A DNA stretch of 63,409 nucleotides, filler included, from Choristocarpus tenellus KU-1152 (lineage: Eukaryota; Protista; Phaeophyceae): NCBI GenBank assembly GCA_964200185.2. It is 10 parts of 10 records of this genome, joined end to end, with 100 filler letters (N's around TTAATTAATTAA, not from the genome) between each part and the next. Parts side by side here need not be neighbours in the genome. Positions count along the whole stretch, not along the records: positions 38,981 to 57,769 come from CAXNAD020000518.1; 9 more parts are not named here. One strand, 5' to 3'. Shown piece by piece: positions 42,310 to 53,233 of the stretch (position 1 is the first letter of the stretch; the number at the start of each line of letters is the position of its first letter). Under the pieces are notes generated by a model that saw only the letters and a program-made list of their open reading frames with translations, was not told the origin of the DNA and ran no database searches. A program made the position numbers and the translations under genes.

Positions 42310-45300
42310 TCACGACTTGGAAGAGTAGACATGTTCCTTACTCAACTTCTCTTTTGCTGGAACACCTAGAACAACTCTCAAGGTGTCCACATTATGAGTT
42401 AATGCAGCAAGCATAAGGACAGACACACCCTCTCCATTGGTGGCATCCAGTCGAATAGAGGACTGTCATGTGGTGGTGCATGAAGGACAGAAGAGTAAAC
42501 AACAGGGATACTAGTGTACAGGATACATCAGACTGTTACAACTCTTCATGGGGAATAGGAGATTAAACAGGCAACGATATTCATAACCAGGGGGGTGGCC
42601 AACATGTGTTGGGTTGTCCTTGACACTAACAAGTCGCTTACCATCACACAGCATATGTAGGCATTGGCTGCCACACCAGCACACCAGCACAAAGCGTTCT
42701 CAACTCAGGGAAGGGTAACCCAGAACGTCACATATGTAAGAATTAACCCTGCTGCTGCTGGCAGCTTCAAACAGATTACCTCGATGCAAGTGATGAACTG
42801 GTGTGTATTCCAAACAGGGAAAAAAAAATAGCCAAAAAATAAGAAGAGCACGATTTTGTGAACAAACCAGAGACTCTTGCCAATCAGATACTGTAGGAAT
42901 TAGCGGATTAGTATGATACTACGAGGTATACCACCACTGTACACATTATACCGCCATCGGTTCTTTCACAGTAGTTAGTCATACTGTTCCGCTGACTATA
43001 TCACTTACATACATACTTGGTTCCGAACAGCACTGTTGTATGGAGTCTGTGTGGAATTTGACTCCTTGGACAGGATTACTCCTTGAACAGGATTACTCCT
43101 TGAACAGGATTGCCTTCTGGGGTTCGAACTAAAATAAAACAAAGCACAAAAATACCTCATTCCAACACCAAACATCAGATAAGTAGATAAGTCCTGCCTC
43201 CACCTTCTGTTCTCCCAGAGCATCCAGCACAACTCTCAATGTCTCCACATTGCCACTCGACACAGCATGCATAAGGAGAGATCTGCCACACCCATCCTCA
43301 GCTTCAAGCTGAACCAAAGACTGTTTGTTTGGTAGTCCCCAAAGGAGGAAAGAGTGAGCAAGAACATCATCAATACAAACCACACTGCACAAGGTTACAA
43401 CACTCATGTGAAGAAGGGAGATGAGGCAGGGCCGGTTCCACTTCAAACGACATGATACCGATGGTAGTCAACATGCTTTTGAACATCAATATTCTACAAA
43501 AACAATAAAGTACCACAGTTACAACTGTCGGTGCATTGGTTGCCATAACATCACAACCTGTTCCCACCTTCATTAAAGGAAGAACGAACAAGAGTTTTAG
43601 ATCCAAATATTACCCTATGCCTGTAGTTATATATAAAAAAATAGCTACTTCTGAGCTCTGGACTAGTGATTTTCAAAATAGCAATGACTGTTGATGTATG
43701 GAAGGTTTGACTGGTCGGTAGAGGATGATTGCCTTCTCATTTCATTTCCAAACTGAAATGATAGCAAGGGACAAAATACCATCTACCATAAGTCCAAAGA
43801 TGAGACAAGTCCAGTCTCTCTACCTTTGTTTCTCCCAGAGCATCCAGCAAAACTCTCATTGCCTCTGCATTGCCCCTACTAGCAGCATGCATGAGGACAG
43901 ACATCCTGTCCCTATCGGAGGCATCCAGCTGAACAGATGACTAGTGTCAGGTGGTTTACAGGAGGGAAGAGTGAGCAAGAGGATCATTCACATACGCGAC
44001 AGGCACATCAATCAGTTACAATGCCTCGTGGGAAGATTGGAGATGAAAGAGGGCCTCTTCTGGTTGGAACAACATCATGCATAGGCTGGACAACATGTGT
44101 TGGATAGTGTTCGAGGACAGATATAACATGTCACCACTACAGCTTGTTCATGTCCTGCTTGACACACAGCTTGCACCGCCCTTCCAATCCTTTGGGACGG
44201 ACAAACAATATTCTCACATGCAAATTCAACTAGCAACTCAGAAATCTTCAAAATAGTTACCTTTTTTTGAACGCTGTACTACAGCCCTAACCCTAACAGC
44301 AACATATACTCCCGATCAAAAAGGTAGATTTGACTGGCCCCACTGAAGGGGAATCTCTATATGACATCTGAACTAAAAAACAAAAACACCAAAATGCCTA
44401 CTGTTGGAACACTAGAAATCAGGCATATTCACCTGTTCTTTTCCAAGAGCATCCAGCATAACTCTCAAAGTGTCCACATTGCCATTGCAAGCAGCATGCA
44501 TTAGGGCAATCCTGCCAAAACGATCCATGGCATCCAGCTTAACCAAAGATCGTTGCAGGGTGGTGTACAGGGTGGTGTACAGGGTGGTGTACAGGGTGGT
44601 GTACAGGGTGGTGTACAGGGTGGTGTACAGGGGGTGTACAGGGCGAGGGCAAGAGGAGGAAACAATTGCAGGACAAATGAGTCGGGGTTAGGACACTCCA
44701 TGTGGCAACAAGAGATGAAATGGGGTCGGCTCCACTTAACACCATTCTCAGGTTGGTTGGTCAACATGCACGAACTATTCATAACCCACGACTTCAAGTA
44801 CTACCCTTGGAACGACTCATCTGAGCATTACTTCCTACATCAGTAGAACCCCTTCATACCTCCAGGAAGAACGACAAAGAGCTTCAGAACCAACATAGAC
44901 TGTGGAGCTACATATATATATATATTATTCCTACCAAAAGGAAAATAGTCTTCCTGCATTGAAAACTGTATAATGTGAACAAGACACAAACGATCATCGC
45001 CACAAGTCCAGCAATCAGTTATACTCTGTCTTCACCTCATCTTTCACCAGTGCGTCCAGCAAAACTCTCAACATCTCTATATTACCCCTCCGGGCAGCAT
45101 GCATGGGGAGAGACATGCCATCTTCATCTGTGGCATACAGTTGAAAAGACTGCAGCTTGGCGGGGCACACGGGTGGGAAGAGTGGGCGAGAGAGCCGGTT
45201 ACACATAGGACACGCTAATCAGTTGCAACAACATCATATGAAGACCTGAGATGAGATGTGACCTCTTCTGCATCAAACAAAATCACACCCAAGGTGGTGG

Positions 45301-48300
45301 GTGAACATGAGTTGGGGCGTGTGCAAAGTCCATACAAAACATTGCCTCTACAATGCAACTGCCATTGATTGCCACATCAGCACAACCTATATGCAATTCA
45401 CTTTGGGAAGGGATGACAACACTGAGTCAAAGTACCTTAGAGGGTAGAGCCGCGTCCATTTGGGAGTCAAAGTCCAATGTTCCGATTTTGATATTATTTT
45501 GACTATCGTGTTTGTTAGGAAGTGTCAATATTCATGTCCTGGACACCCCTTTTCATAACTTATACATTCTACCTACTTCGAAACATAGAGTAGGAAAATG
45601 TCATAAAACACCTGTGGGAAGCCACGCCCCAAATGGACAAACAGGGCAAAAATCGTACCCTCTAAGATACTTTCACTCACTTCCACATCCAAGAACCGAC
45701 CCTATCACCATGGAAATATATATATGGCCTGTTCTAAACTCTATTGCTATGTGGTAAGTAAGAATGTCAAACTATCTCAGTGTGGAATGGATTGGCGACT
45801 TGGTAATGAACAGCCCTCTTCTTGACATTCAAAACTATTAATAATATGTAAAATAGCCACCAATACCATTCATTGTTACCACAAATGTAAAATAGCTACA
45901 AATACCTAGAAATTTTGTTCTTCCTTCACCTTCTCTTTCCCTAGAGCCTCCAGGAAAATTCTCAACGTCTTCGCACTGCCCCATTTAGCAGCATGCGTAA
46001 TGGCATACCTGCCACAATCATCCATTGCACCTAGCTGAGCAGAAGACTGTTGCAAAGGAGGAGGGAAGAGTGAAAAAGAGGACCATCCACATTGCACAAC
46101 ACATCAGTCAGTCTGATCGCTTCATAGGGAAGTGGGAAATGAAACAGGACCTTTCCACTTCTAAACACAATGATAACTGTCACCCTATCGTGTCAGCCCA
46201 GTGGGCACTTGCGGAACTGTGTTACTATTTTTTTTACGTAACTTTGATCTTCAGAGGCAAGAAGGTGGCAAGTGAGAAGTGTAGTAAAATAATAAATAAA
46301 AAATGCTGCAAAAGGTTAAACATGTGTCCATTGTACTCAGTGAAAACATCCATTGCTCGGGACAATGCCTGTTGGTGTGTAATGCTAAAAACACAAAGTT
46401 GTGTGTCATGCAGGCAACATTGTGTTTTCCCGAGGTGTGATAAATTGATGCCACAGCTGCAGTCATTGGCAAACAAAATATCCAGTTCTATTTACTGTAC
46501 TGGTATGTACTTAAAATGCCTACATGTGCCAGCGCAAAATATTTGACTGTCAATCATTGAAGACTCTATTCCTTACACTGCAAACTAACATGCAAACTAA
46601 CATGCAAATAAGTCAACAACCACAACTCCAGAGACTAGATGTGTTCAATGTTCACCTTGCTTTCTCCCAAAGTGTGCTGTACAATTCTCAAAGTGTCAAC
46701 ATTGCCACTTGAGGCAGCCATCATGAGGACAGTTGTTCCATCTGAGGTAGTAGAATCCATCTGAATAGAGGACCGCCGAGGGATGGCATACAGGAGGGGT
46801 GATATTTCATGAGGCCTCACAAAATAGAAGACGGATCAATTGTATTTTATAGCATCATGGGAAGGGGGTAAACAATAAAAGAGGGTCTCTTCGACTTCAA
46901 AACATCATGACACACTTGATGGTCAATGTGCATTGCATCATCCACAGGATGCCAATCACATACCACACCTTCATCTCCCCTGCACATTTCATTGCTTTGA
47001 CACTCCATTCATCACACACACCATCCGCACTTTGGGGAAGGACGACCAAGCATTAACGCTTAGAATTTGATATCATAACTGCAGTCACCTTCAAACCAGG
47101 TAGGTGCCTTGTTGCTGTACTGGTGAGTGTCCCAAGCACTAGAGGTGTGTGTAGGTACCCCCAATAGAATAATCTGCATGTGAGAACTGAGCTTGGAGGT
47201 GAACACGATATAAAACTGCCAACCACTTCAGCTCACGAGATCAATTGTGTTCTGTCTTCACCTTTTTTCCAAAGGCACCCACCCAGGACAACCTTCAGTA
47301 CATCCACATTGCCCCGAGGAGCAGCATGTAAAAGGGCGCTGTAGCTGTATTGATCAGTGGCATACAGCTGAACCAAAGACTGTTGAAGGGTGGTGATGCA
47401 CACATACAAGGAGGGAAGACGGAGTGAAATGTTCTTTCATCACATAGGGCTGTCTACCTAGTGAGGTATGTCACTTCAGAGGGAGACGGGAGATCAACAG
47501 GCTGATAACGTCACACCCAAGCTGGTCAACATACATTTTTTGCTCTCAACATGAACTCCTATACCACCTCATCTGTGTGTTGCTCACCTCACTCATCACC
47601 AGCATATATCGTATGTGCCTTGTTTGCCACATCAGCACAACCCCTCAAATATCTTCCATGGGAGGGTCAACCGCATTCAAACATCGGCTCTATTTACCAT
47701 AGGTACCTTAAAACTAAATATCATGTATGGATAACTTAGATCTCAGTTGAAGGAAAACAATCCTTCTGATGTAAACACAACTGTGAACTATAAGACACAA
47801 AACATTAACCACATCAACTCTGGAGATCAAACGCGTTCCCTCATCACCTTCTCTTCACCCAGAGCTTCCAGCACGACTCTCAGAGTGTCGACATTGCCAC
47901 TCTTGACAGAATGCACGAGGACAGACCAGCCATGAGACTCAGTGGCATCCAACTGTAATGAGGCCTATTGTGGAGTGGTGCACAAAGGGGAGGAGTAGGG
48001 AACAGCAAGGCTATTCATATGTAGGATAGAACCTCTTTGTGTGAAGAAATGAGATTAAACGGGAACTGTTCCAATTCCAACTATATTTTGATCAGTCAAC
48101 ATATGATGGATATTCCATAGCCTGCAATTCACACATATTGCCAATATATACACTCCATCTGTCTATTGGTCTACATGTCATGAAAATCCTTCCTGCCTTG
48201 GTGTATTATCCAAAATAGTTGTACATCCTCATGTCGGCCCTACCACTGCCATCACCTTCAAACCAAGCAAGCGTCTTCTGCATGTTGCTCTGGTTCAAAA

Positions 48301-51300
48301 TGCGATGCACCTCTGCGTAGAAGGTTTGTCTATCTTACCAGTCGAACGAGAATCGCCTTCCATTTCTTTACAAACACCTGCTACTGAAAATCTAAGCACA
48401 AAAAGAAGAAAAACCCCCGCCAATTACCACATCTCCATATCATGCAATGTCGGCATTTACCCTCTCTTTTCCCAGACGTTCCAGAGCAACTCTCAATATC
48501 TCCACATTTCCGGTTGATGCAGCATGCATAAGGAAACAAGTGCCACTTCCATCCTTAGCATCAAGCTGAACCAAAGACTGCCGTAGGGTTGTGCATTGAC
48601 AGATGGAAGAGTACGCAACACCACATTAGTCGGCAGTTACGCAACAGTACTGGGCACATTAGTTGGCTTCACACCTCCATGGGGAAATAGGAGAGACTCA
48701 AGAAGGCCTATTTCATTCCCAACAACATCACACCCATCATGGTGCTGGTCAGCATGTGTTGGACCGTCCACAAGACAGGAATCACCTTCTACCAGCACAG
48801 TATGAGCATGTTTGGTTGCACCATAATATGCACCGTCCATTCATGCCATATATAGATACATATATATATATATATATAGATATAAAGGCAGACATACAGG
48901 AAGGACAACTTACAGTTTCAACTTACAGTTTCAACTTACAGTTTCAACTTACAGTTTCAACTTACAGTTTCAACTTACAGTTTCAACTTACAGTTTCACA
49001 TCCAAAAATTGCTACCACAACTGCAGTTAAAAAACCCCCTGTAAGTGTACCGGTGTGTATCCAAAATAGTGGTATGAAGGTTAGCACGGAGGATGTGACT
49101 GCCCATTCCTCAGAGTAGATTCTGATGCAGACATCTACATGAACATGTGAACAAGACACTAGGCAGAACCCCCGACAAGTTGAAGGATGAGGCATGTTCC
49201 GTCTTCACCTTCTCTTTTCCCAAGGCGTCAAGGACAGCTCTGAACATGACCACATTTCCACTCAAGGCAGTATACGTAAGGACATGGGTGTCTTCAAAAT
49301 CTAGTGCATCCAGGTGAACAGAAGACTGTCGTGGGGTGGTTGGTGCACATAAAGGTAGGTAAGGTAAGTGGTAAGGTAAGAGTGAGCAAAATGACAATTT
49401 GCTTATTGGACACGTTGGTCAGGAGCATTGTTCGATGGGAGCACAGGGAATAAAATAGGTCCTTTTTCATTTTCAACTCCATCATACCTTCACAAGCCCA
49501 AAAACTATGTATGAGTATGACATAAAAATGCGGCAACTATTTTGGGCACGTAACTAGATACATTCCACATCTACCTTTTCATTTCCCAGAGCACCCAGCA
49601 TGCCCTTGAATGTCTCCACATTGCCACTCAGGGCAGACACCATAAGAACAGAACTGTCCAGTGAATTCTTCGCATCCAGCTGAATGGAAGACTGTATTGC
49701 AATAGTGTGCAGAGGGAGGGAAGAGTGAGCAAGAGCCCCGTTGATATACGGGATGGTTCCAGTTACTTCAATTGCTCGGATGCAGGAGATGAAAGGAGAG
49801 GGCCTGTTCCACTCTCAACAATACCACACGTCGATTGTGCTCAACATGCAATGGTCTAACCCTAACCCTACCAAACAAACGAAATGAAGCCGGTACAATT
49901 TAAGTGCATGGTGGCTACCACATCATCATACACCTTTCACACCCTCAGAATATCCTCACCCTCACAAATTTTTGAATACACTATTGAATACACACTCCAC
50001 ACTTCATTCATGCCTTGAGGGTGTTTAGGACATTATCTGTGGACTCATTTCACTGAAGCAAGTACTGTTCCACTTGTACAGAAGGTTCATACCGGTATTA
50101 AAAAAAAAATGTCTCCATTGCGATCGAGAGTGTTGGAAGCCATTTTTTATTTTTAACACTTTAACACACATGTGAGATCATGCTGAACTATAGAGGAGAT
50201 AAATGTTGGTCCTATTGTAAGTTTATGTATCGTAGGGATTCCAGGGTATGAGTGTAAGTGGAGAGAGCTATTGACAATGAAGACTCAGCCAATGAACGAT
50301 CATTTATGCACTGTTCTTCTTGCAGATACTAGCAGAAAATGGCACACCTTTTCCCTTTCTGCAGACATGCAAAATCATCCATCGTCGTAAAAAAAGAACG
50401 CGTGTAGAGGTAGGTGAGACTCAAATACTCTAACGAGGATCGTCAAAGGGCATGTTCTAAACAAATTTACTCTGTAGGCTCGTTTTGGATTAAAATAAAT
50501 CAATGTGTTTCTCTGTAATAAACATTGATGGTTCATTTATTTAGTATATGGCCTCTCACTATTATTCATGCAAACAACGTAGAAAGTAAGCATGACGTGG
50601 AAAAGATCAAGCACTACAACTTCACATGTGAAATTCTACCTATCTGCATCTTCTTCGGTCCCAGAGCATCTAGCACAGCTCTCAATATTTCCAAGTCGCC
50701 ACTCTCAGCAGCGAACATGAGGACAGAGCAATCGTCATCATCCTTTACATCCAGCTGAACAGAAGCCTTTGGTGGGGTTATGAATGGAGAGAGGAAAGGG
50801 TGAGGAAGGAGCAAGGTATCACAATATATTCCTCAAATACTGACAACAATTCGTGGTTATACTGCAGCTTAGAGGTCATCAACCCTTGTTTTGTCAGTGT
50901 GGGTTGGCCGGTCATGTCCTGTCAGACCAAAAGCATTCTTAAGCATTTTGTCCCTGTCCAAGATCTAAATGAAGACCAAACGGATCCGCAGGCCTTCTCT
51001 CTTTGTGAAAACAATGTGAACGCTAACACTCAAGACACTGTCACCATTGCCACCATAAAGCAGAGGAGCATGTCCTACCACAAAGTTCTATCTTCCAAAG
51101 AATGGAATCTGTCACAAATAGTTGCAGGCATGTTTTTCAGTGCAGGGTGCTCTTACTCTGAATCTCCAGTTGGCAGGGACGTTGTTCTTTAAGCCTGGCA
51201 CACATGGTAACCCTAAACAACAATCTAGATTGGAGTTTGTTCACCTCATCTTTTGGTAGAGCACCCATCAGACTTGTGAATATCTTGGGATTGCCACCCA

Positions 51301-52736
51301 GAGCAGCAAGCATCATTACGGACATGCCTTTCTCTCCTTTGGCATCCAGATGACCTAGTACCTGGATTAGGGTGGACCACTTGGATTAGATTGCAGTCAC
51401 CATCTTGCCAGCTCCATGAGACATCCCACTAACTAGGCAGAAGCTCCCTTCCCCACTGCAAGTGTCAGCGTAGAAGGTGATCTGATGCAAGTGGCAAGAA
51501 TCTCACAATCAATTATCCCTTTCACCAATTAGGTACTTTGTAGACGACATGATCAAATGATCAAATAGGTGATGCTAAAAGTAGTACCCTTGTGAAACAT
51601 GGACTTTTATAGGTCTGAAGATATAATTGAACGATTCGTGCCTATTTCCTAGTTTTGGGGGTAACACAACCATTGGAGCTGGACAGAGGCAGGCAGGCAG
51701 GCAGGCAGGCAAGCATTAAGTAAACCTGGAAATACGACCAAATTCCCTTATGGATGCTCCGAAAGATTTTTTGTCAGGAGACGTCTGCATTATGGAACAC
51801 ACCTGATCTTGGGATAGGGTTCTCTGCAGCCACTGAAGAATTTGAGCAAACACTGACTCATTCCCACCAACTGCGGCAAGCATGAGGGTGGACAAACCCC
51901 TGTACACAGAACCATTCTTCTTGATCTTGTACCTCTTCTCATGCTATTGTCTCACACCCATCTGGTCCATCCCTTCCACCAATAGCCGTACTGAATCTGT
52001 GTCACCAGCGTTAATGGCATTTTCCATGGTCTTCAGTTCTTGCCTCACTTTCCTACGTGAGTTAAATCGGTGGGGTTCGCGCTCCCTGCTATGATCAAAT
52101 GATCAAATAAGGATCGGAGAATAAACTATTCCTTAAACTCAAGATCTCATTCAATAAAGGGACCGCCAATGTACGTTTTTGCTGTGTCGTGATGAAGCCC
52201 TATGAGCTCAGTCGGATACCACAAAAAATAATCGATTCGAACACGGGTGAGTGATTGAATATTATGGTAATCTCATTCTGAGGTAGCGTGATAGCGTGGC
52301 AACAGCCTTCAACAATACGAAGTCTCTCACTAAGATAGGAGAAAACAGCCACGAGGTATCATGGGTAGTCTGCGATACCGGCAATCTGCTGGGGTTGACC
52401 CATACTTTGTTGTTACGGTTGTAACTATCCGATTATCTCGGAGATTTTCTTTGGGGTTAAAGGGGGTTCGGTCTGACACTGCCTCGTGTCCGATCTACGC
52501 TTTCCTCTTTTGCACAAATTGTTCAAACGTGGCAGACGAATGTGCCCCCTCTAAAGGTTCACTGCAGTTGTTAATACAAACCTTTCAGCGCCACTGTCCT
52601 TCGCATGTGGAGTTGGCGTGGAACTCACAGGAGCCTCCAACGGCAATTGTGCCACTGAAACGACATAGGAAACATCGCTCCCACAACCTTCATTGTGAGA
52701 AATAGCGTCTTCTTTGTCAGGTTCCTTGCTCGTCAT
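42310..52736 (-). CDS. Ankyrin-repeat gene built from 14 single-repeat exon cassettes (possibly partly pseudogenised)
   Basis: Exon 1 52736-52582 (phase 2); exon 2 52085-51803 (in-frame TAG at 51946-51944). Cassettes: 51361-51245, 50766-50650, 49691-49575, 49325-49209, 48577-48461, 47964-47848, 47379-47262, 46772-46656, 46046-45930, 45149-45036, 44549-44433, 43940-43824, 43320-43204, 42462-42346 (reads on to TGA 42312-42310). Consensus SxVQLDAxDxxGxSVLMHAAxxGNVETLRVVLDALGKEK is an ankyrin repeat. Confidence 0.85.
44557..44643. repeat. 12-bp tandem repeat (CAGGGTGGTGTA)x7
   Basis: Directly visible, immediately upstream (on the minus strand) of cassette 44549-44433. Confidence 0.95.
45424..45678. 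mobile_element. MITE family B, 3-bp TSD ACT, inserted in an intron of the ankyrin array
   Basis: act-GAGTCAAAGTACCTTAGAGGGTA ... TACCCTCTAAGATACTTTCACTC-act. Confidence 0.85.
48907..48998. repeat. 13-bp tandem repeat (AACTTACAGTTTC)x7
   Basis: Directly visible. Confidence 0.95.
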
Positions 52737-53233
52737 ATCCTTCCTTGAATTTGGGAGTCGCGAAGTTCTATACTTGTACAACTCCAAGCGTCATCTATCT
52801 ACAATGTACTATGAAACTTCGTTGTGGATATCAAATGGACAATGAAAGTTCCTATGGATATCTTTGGAGAAGTACCGTCGTGAACCTTCCACGACCACCG
52901 CCCACCACACAGAAACAAAATTTGAGGTTTGAATCAACATGTTCAAAATGGCGTTAAGGTATACCCTGCACATGTCTTTGCAATCGCGCGTGCTTCTCTC
53001 TTTCTCAACGCGCGCGTGGTCCTCAGCAACAACCCAACCTTGCACTTGTTACGCGTGGAGCATTGATTAGGACCTATCTCGACGGTACTTCCCTTCCTAG
53101 CGACTGCATCATATACATCTGCTAATCGAGTAGGGCTGATCCTGAACTTAGCAGCGTTTTTTAGCTGACCCTGATAGTGCATACTAAGGGAGTTTTTTGA
53201 TCTGCTTGAAGGCTGTATTGAAGCCTGACCTCA

